From NCBI GenBank assembly GCA_044892505.1, contig CM097882.1, forward strand, positions 97,278,001-97,342,000: a DNA stretch of 64,000 bases. The letters are read 5' to 3'. The translations under genes and the position numbers were made by a program. The notes under the pieces were generated by a model that saw nothing but the letters and a program-made list of their open reading frames with translations, made no database searches and was not told the DNA's origin. This document shows, in pieces, positions 1 through 12,076 of this stretch; the first letter of the stretch is position 1, and the number at the start of each line of letters is the position of its first letter. Source of the DNA: Schmidtea nova (lineage: Eukaryota).

Positions 1-2650
1 GGAAATAACATGCAGAAAATTATATAAATACCGCCATCAAAATGGAGAGAATCAGAATTTGCGAGAATTTGCTAAATAATTTGAACGAAAATTTTGAGAA
101 ATTTCTGCGAAAGTGAAATTTTGAAAATTTTTATAAGACCAACTGGGAAAACCGATAAAGCCGAACCCTCGAAAAGTTCCTGAAACAATCAATCAGTTTC
201 CAACGTGCAGAATCCGAAGGTTTTGCGGAAATTCCAAAACACATAAGTGAGGATCTCGAATTTTTTCTTTTATGCAGGCTAACAAAATCATGCCTTTATT
301 ACCCTGCGATAGATATTTTAATTGACTTTTCGAGTGGAAAATTGGTAATATGTTATTATACTTTGTAATATGTTCCAAATTTTAATTTTTCTATTAAAAT
401 TTTCATTTAAGCTTGTCACATTTTCTCAAACTGATATCATTTTATTGCTATTTATCATATATACATCTATATTTTTTATGTACTTTTTTATTTACTTACA
501 TAGGAAAATTAGAAGTAAAAATTTTATCATAATATAAATCCACAAAGTTTAAATTTAATTATTTATAAAATCTTATAAATATAAAAATTAAATTACTATT
601 ACCTAGAATTATACAAATTATTGTTTAAGCATAACCATCATTTTATAGTTTACCCCATCCAAAAATAATCCATAAAAACCTTTTTTGGAAAACATTACAT
701 CCATATCATTCAATAACACCAGCCATATCTAATACCTCATACAAAATCTATTTAACTACAATATACACATACCACATCGTTTCACTCATTAACATCCATC
801 AGCATCATACATCCAGAAAATTCACACAGGCACTCACCCAATCTCATTTATCATTGAATTGCTCATTTTATCCATCACACGGTCACTTACAATCAGCATG
901 CTACATCCGGAAAATCTATGAAGAGATCCAGTTATAAACCATCTCACTCAGCGACTCCCCATAAAAATTTTACTCATTTTTATCTTTAAATCAAATTCAT
1001 CAATGCATCAAACAACATCTCATGCCGTAACTCGTCACATTCAAAATTCCTCTACCTAGCCTAACTCTTAGTGAACAATAAAGATAGTAAACCGTATCAT
1101 CATACAATTCGAGTTTTACTTAAAATTTCTCCAACGTGAATGGTAGTAATGGTAAGTAGCGAGACTTATTTTATAAGCGGCAATATCTATCATACTCAAT
1201 ATAAAATTCAACCAATTCACCTCTAGTTTACCCTTATAATGTTTTATAACGTCCTGGGAAATGTAAATTGGAAAAACTAAGGCAAGAAAGCCATCACATG
1301 TATAGATATATAAAAGTAGATATAAAGTATTATATAGATATGTTATTCAGATATATAAACATACATATAGTTTAATATATAGATAAACTATATAGACATG
1401 TAAACCACTTAAATAAAATCTACCACTAAAATGCTGTACCAGCATATATACATCACTTCAGGTTGCATCATTTTTAATGGGGTTTATAATTACTTTTTTT
1501 GCTGGAGAATTTAAATGAATTTATTGCCAAATAAATAGACCCCGCAAAGCTGTAGAAATGACAATACCGGGTCGGCATAAATAACCAAAAACGGGACAAA
1601 TTAAACTTTATTTATTATTCGACATCAGATCAAATGTGGTCATCGGGATTTACAGGCAAACTTTCAGTGTCTAATAGGCAAATCGGAACGAGATATACAC
1701 GAAACGAGATTATGATTAGGAGATAAACATCCATCAATAGAATATAATACATTTTCTGATGAGGGGAAAAATAATCCTGAAATAGATCTTCGCTTCCTCT
1801 GAATCGAAAAATTTCCAATAAGTATATTGTTTGCATCTCTGTTCCACAAAGTCCTGGAAATTTCATATGTGAATAACTTAGACATTAATTTGAGTTAAAA
1901 TAAATTACTTGATCAATTTCAACTCTGCTGGGAATTTTTCTACATCCATAGGTAAATAGAACGAAGTCATCTATACCGAAAATTAGGTTTAAAATAATAA
2001 TCAAGATGAAAATTACCATTTCAACCCATTTCGTAGAGAATGTCCACTGATCTGAATGAAATTCCATTCTAAAAATATCTAAAAGGGGAGAAAGAAAAAT
2101 CAATAACTTTATTATATTAAATTAAAAGTGAATATTATAAATTAGCCAATTAAAAACAATAAATTTTGCACTTACATTTATATAGTTTTCTTTTATCCAG
2201 ATTATATCTATTGAATCGACATCGGGACGCTTAAGAATTGATTTTATTAGTTTGAAATTCACCCGAAAACTCAAAGATTGAAATTAAAACTGTAAAAACT
2301 TGAATAAAATCTGTAGAATAATTAAATAAAAATTTTGGAAGATTTGATATCGTTACCGTTGCTAGGGCCTCAGCAATTTTTTGAAAAGTCCAAATAATAA
2401 ATTTTAATAAAATGCTAAAGATTTATAATAAGCAAGATAGACATTAGGTATAGGGAATAAATGGAGTTTAGTTAAATTTCCTGACACAAAAAATAAAGAA
2501 ATTTAAAAATCGGGAAAATATTGGTAGTTTAGTCAAAATCAACATAAATTGTATACACTGATTATGTGTAATTTTGAAGAAATATTTGATCCCGAATTGA
2601 GTTGCGATGATATGCTTGAGTATGAGCTCGCGAATAAAAATGGGATCCGG

Positions 2651-2737
2651 ACAATTCACCGTAAATTATTCACCGTATAGGAAATCACCGTATAGTAATT
2701 CACCGTATAGTAATTCACCGTATGAATAATTCATCGT
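2651..2737. repeat. ~15-bp tandem array (AATTCACCGTATAGT-like) x6, running into an N gap
   Basis: Direct reading of the repeated units. Confidence 0.85.
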
Positions 2738-3320
2738 TNNNNNNNNNNNNNNNNNNNNNNNNNNNNNNNNNNNNNNNNNNNNNNNNNNNNNNNNNNNNNN
2801 NNNNNNNNNNNNNNNNNNNNNNNNNNNNNNNNNNNNNNNNNNNNNNNNNNNNNNNNNNNNNNNNNNNNNNNNNNNNNNNNNNNNNNNNNNNNNNNNNNNN
2901 NNNNNNNNNNNNNNNNNNNNNNNNNNNNNNNNNNNNNNNNNNNNNNNNNNNNNNNNNNNNNNNNNNNNNNNNNNNNNNNNNNNTTGTAAATTACTTCTTT
3001 TCTTAGTAAAAAAAGTACTTTAACATATTTACAAATTTACAAATTCAAACGTCTTTTCGCTCACTGATTGCGAATACCCACCCATTTGTTGCATTACCAA
3101 TGTTACATTGTGACGGGCAACAAGATGATTAATCTAATGTTTTGTATGTTGAGTTGTTGATGTGAGCCATAACAACGTCAAAGTCATATTGTCGATCAAC
3201 AACCCACCAATATATATATATGGCTCATGACCTACTACAAAACGTCAAACGCCTTTTTCGAGACGATAAACCAACCCGATCGAATTTTTAGTGAAACAAT
3301 AGATAGATAGAATTTTATTG

Positions 3321-4800
3321 TCTACAAAATGGCCTGATTCAAAATTCAAAATGTTGTGTATATTGCTGTGCATATGTGTTTAATTTCCTATGTGTTTAAT
3401 TTCCTAGAAAATGGTTTGATTAGAAAATTAGTTTGTTGGTGTTTTTGTAATGCACACGTGTTTTGTAATTAATTTTGCATTTTTCATAAATATATATAAA
3501 ATAGATTTATTGAGTTTTCATTGTAACAAATTAAATATGAAATTTAAATTTCTATAAAATCGCTTGATTCAAAATTTAAAAGTTGTCGTTTTTCGTGTTA
3601 CACACGTGTTTTGTTATTAATTTTAGCATTTTAAGCTATCTAAAGTAACTTTAGTGAGTTTTCATTGTAATTACATATAGATAAAATTTAAGTTTCTATA
3701 GAATGGCTTGATTAAAAATTTGGTTTGTTGGAGTGTTAAAATACACACACATGTTTTGTACTTAAATTTCCATATTTCGTCTATATAAAGTAATTTTAAT
3801 ACGTTTTCATTGTAATATTGTAGAGATAAAATTTAATTTTCTACAAAATGCCTTGATTAGAAATCTAAAAGTTGTCGTATTTTGTGATGCACACGTGTTT
3901 TGTGATTAATTTTGTAGGATTTAGCTATTTTAAATAACATTATTGAGTTTACATTGTAATAAAGTATATATTTAAAATTTAAATTTTTTTAAAATTGCTT
4001 GATTCAAAATTTTGTTTGTTGGTGTGTTTGTAATGCCCAGGTGTTTCGTTATTAGTTTATTATTTTTCATCTAAATGAAGTAATTTTTTTGAGTTTTCAT
4101 TGAAATAAAGTATAGATAATGTAGTGCCTCCGTCATTTATCTATTATTTATATATTAAAAGTAAATAAAATTTAATAAAATATATTTTTAATGATATAAT
4201 AAAAANNNNNNNNNNNNNNNNNNNNNNNNNNNNNNNNNNNNNNNNNNNNNNNNNNNNNNNNNNNNNNNNNNNNNNNNNNNNNNNNNNNNNNNNNNNNNNN
4301 NNNNNNNNNNNNNNNNNNNNNNNNNNNNNNNNNNNNGAAGAACAACACTTTTTTTCTCTTTTCAAACTCAAAAGCAAGCAAGAAAAAATACAAATATAAA
4401 TCGACGATTTTAGAACAGTTTCAGAAAATACAATTACAGAAATACAATTATAAATCTACAATTACAGAAATTCAATCTAAAATCATCAATTTCAGAAATA
4501 CAATAATAAATCAACAATTCCAGTAAATTCAAATCATAACTACCCTTTCAGTAATTCGAAGCATCAACAACCATTGGAATTAAATAAATGTTTACGTATT
4601 TTTTAGCTTATTTGATTTTTATTTCAGTAGCTAAAGATAACATTTATTTGCCTACAAAATAGCTTTATTAAAAATTAGGTATATCGATATGTTTGTGATG
4701 CACATGTGTTTTGTAATAAAATACTGGATTTTTTCGGCTACTTAGCAAAGATTTATCGAATATTTATTGTAATATTGTGTAGATATAATTAAATTTTCTA
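3321..4800. repeat. ~145-bp satellite: 5-6 tandem units (3321-4120) plus an orphan unit at ~4650
   Basis: Unit starts at ~3403, 3551, 3695, 3840 and 3987 share TCTA(T/C)AAAAT..TTGATT..CACACGTGTTTTG..GAGTTTTCATTGTAA. Confidence 0.88.
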
Positions 4801-7681
4801 TCATATACTAATGAAAATTATAAAAGTTATGATGTATTTTATCATAATTAATTAAAATAATTTTTATAACAGACGTAATTATTGAAATGTAATATAATTT
4901 AGATGTAATTCACTGAAATATTTAGTCTAATATATTTTAATAATATGAAATGTATGGAATTCATTGAAATATTTTATAAATTTGATGTAAATTATGATTT
5001 GTTGAAATAATATGATTTTAATATAATATGATTTTATTATAATAGCGTCAAATCTTGTTTTAAAAAATTATTTAGTTTTTAAAAAATCTGCAACGTAATA
5101 TATATTTAGTCATAATTCTCTTTCCTACCTTTACTGCCTCTTACTCGATTCTGATTGGCTGATAAGAATAAATTTCCTACCCTTTAATCGATTTTTATTA
5201 ACTAAACTTTGATATATAAACAATAATTTTTCATTCATTATTCACTTTAACATATATTAAACATTTAAAATGAACATTATAACAAGTTTTATGAATGAAA
5301 ACTCAAGTGACAGAAAATGGTAAATTTATTTTTTAATTTGTTATCATTTAGTATTAATTTAGGTAATATCAATAATTCAATTGAGAAATCGATTTTAGAA
5401 AATGCGGAAGAAAATGATACTTAATCATTAACTTAGTAAATTATTTAACTTTTAATTTAGGTGATGTCATTATTACTGAACAAACTACCGTACAAACTAA
5501 GATTGTTGATGACGAAAATATTACGAATAAAGGAGTTATTCATGATGTGATATTGAATGCACCATGTAAGTTTTGATTAATTTTAATTAATTTGATTATA
5601 TTTTGATAATTATTTTAATTAATTAATATTTTGTAATAATTTAAATAATCTTTACTTTACGTAGAGTTAATTTAAACAAATTTCTTTAATATTATTTTGT
5701 AATAAGTTTTATATTAAATTTTAATTTGTTTAGTATTTATTATATTTAAATAATATTTATCTTAAATTTCATATTTATTTTCTAATAATTCATATTTTTA
5801 TTAATTTATTTTAATGATTTTTTGATAAATTTAAAGATATTTCATATTTAAGGTAATTTATATGCGAATTATTGTAAGTCGTCAAATCATAACGACTGCC
5901 ACCAATTAATGGAACGATACTATCGTCTTATAAATAACCAAGTCCCCTTCTTTATATGTCCTACATGTAAGAGTGCCCAAATTATAACATATATGGATTT
6001 TTATTTCTAACATTATCTCCATTTAAATCAATTCTCATGTACTAAGAAAAGTCTTTTCTCATTAATTACTAAAAATAAAAGACGAACTGTTACTGTTTGT
6101 ACTAAACCGGCTAAAATAATTATAATTTCCGATGATGAAGATGTCCATTCATCAAATGACGATGTTTTAGTTATTCCTAATTTACATGTTGTCCAATATG
6201 GGGGTTCTGTTGAACCTTTGGTTAAATATAATCTGAAAAAATCTCATGTCATTGTCAAAATTGATGTGAATTCCTTAAATTTAAATAAACTAATTATCCT
6301 GTCATCTTTATTAAATAAATTTCATTCAGTTATTTCCGAAATAAGGTATGTAAAAGTACAATTTTGCATTGATGTAGAATTTGAAAAAGATAGAAAATTC
6401 CAATCTTTTATAATATCAAATTCTGCAAAACCAATGAGTGATACCTTTTTAGATTAAGGTATTGCTCTATTAAGTGAAAAAATTACTAAAGTCTGCGAAA
6501 ATGGCAGCAATTGGTCAATTAATAAAATTAAAGAAATAAGCTTTAAACTTACAAAATATTCACAGATAAGTAGATTGAGTGGTAACGGTTCTTGTTCAAC
6601 CCCATCATCATTGTACTGTCAATGTAAAAAATACCGATAAATTGTGTTTTATATATAGTATTTTGGCAATTTTAAAATACAAGGATGTGAAATCTAATAG
6701 AAGTAAGTCTTATAATTATAATATTTCAGACCTTGATTTTGATCCTTCTGATCTTCTAATGAAATTATGTAATATTCCCAAATTTGAAGCAAAAAACCCT
6801 GGGCTGACTATAAATATCATTTCATATGACGAATATGATTTAAATAATATTAATGAGGAGGAGAAAGTCATGAAACATCCATTTGTAGATATTATTCATA
6901 GGTCAAAGGTTGTAGGTGTCACTCCAATTAATTTGATTTTGTTAGAGGAAAGTGACTCTTTTCACTATATAGAAGTTACTATTCTTGACAGGCTCTTGAA
7001 TTGTCAAACTCTTGAATTGTCAAACTCTTGAATTGTCAAACTCTTTCTGATGTTAGAATTCAGAGCATTTGGTGCGAGCGTTACTTAAATGGTTTTAGAT
7101 TGACTGAAGCTTTTGAGAAACATCCGGCTTTATGCACAAAAAACTAGTTAGGTACAACTTTATACACTTTACCTTCAGATAAGAACTTGGAATTTAAAAA
7201 TTGTTACCCCTCTTTTCATTATATATGCCGATTTTGAGACTGTTTTACCCAAGGACGATAAGTATTTTCAACGTCACTTGCCTATTTCTGTTGGCTTGTT
7301 GCTTATTAATAACTTTACCGGAGAAAAAACGTATAAAAGCTTTTATGGTCTTAACTGTGTAGAAGAGTTTTTGACCGAAATCAATGATATAGGAGAAAAA
7401 GTAGTTTTGCCTTACTTTATAAAGAATTCCAAAATTAAAATGGAATATCTTTCCCCTGCATAAATAAGATCATTTCGTAGTTCTACAATTTGTTCTTTGT
7501 GTAATAAACCTTTGAAAAATCCTGTTAAAGATCATGACCATTATACAGGTAAATACTTGGGCGCGGCTTGCTTTAAATGAAATTTTTCTCGGTAAATAAA
7601 ATTCATCATGCCAGTAATATTTCATAATTTACGCGGATATAAAATAAATTCGATTTAAATAAATTCGATAAATGAGATATA

Positions 7682-8753
7682 CCGTATTTTCGCGCAAATA
7701 ACCCTCGGGTTATACAAGTTTTTACAAACAAACGGTCGCTGTGCGGTGTATACAAGGGTGCGGGGTTTACAAAAATAATTTTACTCATAAAACTTTTACC
7801 TTCAATAGAGGTTCACGCATTTATCCACTGTGTTAAAATCTGTAGTTTTGCTGTGTGGCTCTCAAATGTAAAACGAATACACAACAAACACTCCCTGTGG
7901 CAGTTTCTCAGGTGGCATTGTCACTCGTTTGAATATAACCATTGGTTTCAACTTCTCACCAGCAGCTGAGCATGCCAGGACAACTGTGAAACATGTGCGC
8001 TCATGTCCAGTTGTGGTAATAGGAACCGTTTTAGAACCAGTATTTGCGACAGTGCGAGTGGCTGGAATATCAAAAGACATAGGCACCTTATCCATGTTAA
8101 TGACATCGCAAGGATTTAAGTTCTGTTCTGCAATATCTCTTCTAACAAATTCCTGAAAGTCGTCTACTTTCTTTTCCCAATTCTCTGGTAGTTTCTGGCC
8201 AACCGTTATGAGTGCACGAACGGAAAGTTGATTACGTCTCATGAATTAAAAAACCCAGTTAATGCAGCCATTATTTTCGCTTTCAATTTAATACCAACTG
8301 TTGACAGTGCCCTGTTGTTCTCACGCTGAGAGCGAACCCATGCTGAAAAGTTTGTCTCAATCTGCGGCCATCTAACCTTTCCCCCTCGGCAAGCTCTTTT
8401 GCGTGGATTAATCTGCTCTAAACATTTAAAGTCTTTTCGTCATTCACGAATAGATTTTTCATTAACATCATACTGTCTCCCAGCGGCTCTATTCCCCATT
8501 GTAGCAGCAAGCGCATAAACTTGTAGCTTAAAATAAGCGGTATAAGACTTGCGCTTTGGCATTTTAGGCGTAACAAACACTACTGAATACCTATAATGAA
8601 TGTTAATGATTATTTAATGATTAATGATTAATGATTAGTTATCCTTGCACATATGCGGGGCATACATAGGTGCGGGCTATACGATTTCTCTATACTTATT
8701 ATTTAATTTGTGCGGGTTATATGCGTATGCAGGTTATATGCGCGAAAATACGG
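7682..8753 (-). mobile_element. pogo-family (POGK/Passer-like) DNA transposon, internally deleted
   Basis: TIRs CCGTATTTTCGCGC / GCGCGAAAATACGG with TA duplication; minus-strand transposase from ATG 8562 (MPKRKSY..., HTH, DINMDKVPMSFD, TTGHERTCFTVVLAC, KPMVIFKR). Confidence 0.93.
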
Positions 8754-9820
8754 TAAGTTGTATTTCTACTACAAGCGAAAAGCTTTTGACTTTATATGCA
8801 AGAGTCGATAGTTTAACTATTAAATTTATCGATTCTTGCCAATTTTTAAGCAGCAGCTAAAACGATTTTGTAAAGACTTTAACAGATTTTCCTCTTACTT
8901 CATCCGAATTTCTAAGGACTATTAATACTTCCAAAGGTATATTCCCATATAATTTTGCAACGTCGTTAGAGATTTTACAAAATACATATGAATTGCCACC
9001 GATTTGGGAGGGAGTTAAGATCGACGAGTATGAAAAAGCTCAACATATATGAGATGAATTTGATTGTGAAACATTGTTTGATTAAATGATGTTATACCTG
9101 AAATTGGATCTTTTCTTACTTGCCGACTTATTTCAACAATTTAGGGAAAAATCTATTGAACATAACCGACTTGAGCCTCTTAATTTCTTGGGAATTCCAG
9201 GCATGTCATGGAATTCCGCTTTGATGACTTTGAAATCTCTTATCGAATTTCTTCAAGATATGGAGATGTATAGTTTTTTTGAAGGGGGGATTCGTGGTGG
9301 GTTAACATTTGTTAACAAACACCATGTAGTATCTTCCGACGACACTGAGCTACTTTATATAGTCATTAATAATTTATATGGGTGGGCTTTAAGCCAAAAA
9401 TTACCTTATAAAGAATTTAAATGGGTAACTGATAGGGAAAAGTTAAATAAAATGTGAATCTGCTGATTTAAAAGTATTAACATTTGGGTTTACATTAGAA
9501 GTCGATTTAAAAATTCCTGATTCGATTCACGACAAACTGGATTATTTTCCAGTTGCCGCTAAAAAGATGTGTTCACCTGGCACAAAGGTTGAGAAGTTGA
9601 TGCTTACGCATTATTCCAAGAAGAACTATGGTCTTCATTGGAGACTTCTCAAACTTTATTTTTTTCTTGGAGTAAAAATAACTCATGTCCATAGGGTAAT
9701 TATAATTAAACAAACATGTATTTTTAAGGAGAACATCGATACCAATACCAGACTTAGAGCAGAATCAAGTAATGCTCTGGGTAAAAATTATTATAAATTA
9801 TTAAATAATAGTCTCTACGG

Positions 9821-10467
9821 CAGTGGTTCTCAACCCGTGTTCAGCGGAACATCAGTGTTCCGCGAATCCGCTTTCAGTGTTCCGCGAATCCGCTTTCAGT
9901 GTTCCGCGAAAAAATCTGCATTTTATCTTTAAATTTGCATTTAAGATACATATCATTAAAAATCTCAATTATTTTTTTATAAGATGATTCAATAAGAAAC
10001 CCGTTACACAGATATATAAACATACAAAGATAAACTAACAAATATAAAAACTAAAATGCGTGAAAGAATGGGGAATTTAGAAGAGGAAATGAGAGTTGCG
10101 TTGTATTTTATCCAACCTGATATTTCTGAAATTTGCAAGAAATACAATTCAAATATATCACATTAGTTTTTTTACTGTTTTACTTTTGTTGTATATATGT
10201 TTGCGTGTTAATTGCACTGTGAATGTTTATTTCTTTTTCGTGTAAGTATTTCTTTGTTGAATAAATTTGTTTTTTTGGTAATGTGCGTTTATATTTAATA
10301 TCTTCAAGACCATTTATTAATAGAGGATGGTTCAAAAGTCGTTTCATTAATCAAAAATGAAATAATATGTTCGTTTGTGAATTTTTTAATATATTTTTTG
10401 ACAGTGTTCCGCGTAAAAAAATCATCTGAAGGGTGTTGCGCGCTTTTAAATTAGTTGAGAACCATTG
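9821..10467 (+). mobile_element. hAT (Charlie/Buster-like) non-autonomous element
   Basis: TIRs CAGTGGTTCTCAAC / GTTGAGAACCATTG; 8-bp TSD CTCTACGG (9813-9820, 10468-10475); C-terminal transposase remnant NLEEEMRVALYFIQPDISEICKK..ISH. Confidence 0.94.
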
Positions 10468-10599
10468 CTCTACGGTAAAACCGTAGAGAATCTTAAAAAC
10501 GCATAAATATAAGATCATGAAATTCGACTTCTAGGCTGATTACATATACTTCTAAGCCACCAATCTGGGTAGGTGTGATTTAAGCTGAATATGACATGG

Positions 10600-10885
10600 T
10601 TCAAATTATTTGGAAGGAATTCCAGTGTCAAACTCTTTGTTAATAAATGATAATCTATTTAAAACTTGATGTGTTTCTTTTAGCCGACTTTTTCCAACAA
10701 TTTAGAGCTAAATCGATTGCTCACAATCGACTTCAACCTTTGAATTTTCGGTGATTCCAGTTATGTTGTGGGCTTTTGCGTTTATTGCCTTGAATGAACG
10801 ATTTGCTACAGGATATAAAGATTTTTAATGTTTTCGAAAGAGGGATCCTTGGTGGTTTGACATTTGTCAACAAGCACTATGTAGT
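10600..10885 (+). pseudogene. Second, diverged polB fragment paralogous to ~9050-9330
   Basis: Reads EFQCQTL..YLKLDVFLLADFFQQFRAKSIAHNRLQPLNF...FERGILGGLTFVNKHYV. Confidence 0.85.
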
Positions 10886-11009
10886 TTTTTTCAGATTAAA
10901 ATTGTATAAGTATAGATAAAAAATGTTTTCGTTTGTTAGCTATAAGGTTTATCATTTGATAGTATGACCTTTGCATTAGATAGTTTTTATCTTTTTTATT
11001 AGTTATAAG

Positions 11010-11460
11010 AATGACATACAATACGATGGACCATATAAGATTGTTAGATTTTTGTCGGAACACCAGATCGAGCTACAATTTCCAGATGCTAGACAACCGA
11101 GACGGATAGAGTGGCTGAAGAGATGGCATCAAAGTCGAGGAGGGGAAAGTAATGTAATGATTATTAAAAAACAATGTTGTTTAAATAATCAACAAGAACG
11201 AGTTGTTTTTAAAATAAATATTATTATTCTTGATGTCTGATATTAAGATAGTTACTGGCGACCACGCCGAAATTAACGCAGTTAAAACACGTAGTCAAGA
11301 TAAGAAATCGGCAAGAGATGTTTTACCAAAGAAGGCTCAAGAAATCTTAGACGTTGAAATTCGTAGATACGATGGATGATGCGCTAAGGAATCAGAAAAA
11401 TGGATTAAAGCGATCGATGATTGGATTATAAGAAATGATCTAAAACGGACCAAAGAAATT
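11010..11460 (+). mobile_element. Ty3/gypsy remnant: integrase tail, PPT, ~103-bp LTR, PBS, start of gag
   Basis: QYDGPYKIV (GPY/F motif); GAGGAGGGGAAAG PPT at 11137-11149; TGTAAT..GTTAC LTR at 11153-11255; TGGCGACCACG PBS at 11256; then gag-like DVEIRRYDG..EKWIKAIDDWI. Confidence 0.75.
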
Positions 11461-11750
11461 TTGATCAATAGCCATTCAATTATTAATAAGTTAATTATTG
11501 ATTTAAAAATTTTAATAATCTATTTAAAAATAAATTAAAGTCATCAGATTAATAAATGATATAGTTCATTTATAAATTAAAAATTATAAAAAATTTAATA
11601 TAATCTATAATTCTTTCACTATTGTTTATTCACATTACTTTAATTAAATTAAAATTGAAAACATTTAATAAAGTAATTTTCTTATAGTTTGAAAATAATT
11701 TATGATAGTTTATTTTCGACAGCAGCTCATTTCAATCAATCTATCATAAA

Positions 11751-11828
11751 ATGGAAGCCGAACTCAATAATGAACCACCGACTGAGTTGCAGATGATTCA
11801 ATTTAAAATGAATGCCGCCACAGATGAG
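11751..11828 (+). CDS. snap25: SNAP-25 coding exon 1 (MEAELNNEPPTELQMIQFKMNAATDE)
   Basis: ATG at 11751, 26 codons, GT donor at 11829; resembles the SNAP-25 N-terminus (TEL...ADE); joins exon 2 in phase 0. Confidence 0.92.
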
Positions 11829-11908
11829 GTTTATTTCATCATAAACCATATTTCTCAATGCTTACATCAAAAACTTTAACGACAATTTTAACTTTAATTT
11901 CATTTCAG

Positions 11909-11950
11909 TCTTTGGAAAGTACAAGAAGAATGCTGGCAATGTGTGAAGAG
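11909..11950 (+). CDS. snap25: SNAP-25 coding exon 2 (SLESTRRMLAMCEE)
   Basis: catttcAG acceptor, GTGAGT donor, 42 nt; diagnostic SLESTRRML motif. Confidence 0.97.
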
Positions 11951-12027
11951 GTGAGTATTAGATAATATGTTTTTTTGTTTTAATTAATAAAACACGATTG
12001 CTTATTTAATTCTTTTAAAAATCAAAG

Positions 12028-12076
12028 GCCAAAGAGGCAGGCATTTCAACATTGGTTATGCTTGATGACCAAGGAG
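12028..12076 (+). CDS. snap25: SNAP-25 coding exon 3 (AKEAGISTLVMLDDQG-E)
   Basis: AG/GT bounded, 49 nt, ends in phase 1; SNARE motif 1 with the zero-layer Q. Confidence 0.96.

Larger units (their letters stand above)
5295..10570 (+). pseudogene. Polinton/Maverick (adintovirus-like) protein-primed DNA polymerase B, degraded; interrupted by a pogo and a hAT element
   Basis: Motifs read across frames: VNVKNTDKLCFIYSILA, IIYADFET, DHDHYTGKYLGAA, PVIFHNLRGY, KFIDS, KGIFPY, YLKLDLFLLADLF, GIRGG, NNLYGWALSQKLPY, KLLNNSLYGKTVENL; many stops and frameshifts, including a 16-bp unit x3 at ~7004-7050; motif C (DTDS) is absent here. Confidence 0.92.

Noticed and set aside
1750-1790. CTGATGA...GAAA hammerhead-like match
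   Set aside because: Weak stem II, no stem I pairing, non-palindromic stem III; likely chance.
3115-3298. Possible solo LTR (TGTGACGGG...GAAACA)
   Set aside because: No matching TSD, PBS or PPT.
3321-4120. CRISPR-like reading of the repeats
   Set aside because: Eukaryotic context; whole units are homologous, with no unique spacers and no cas genes.
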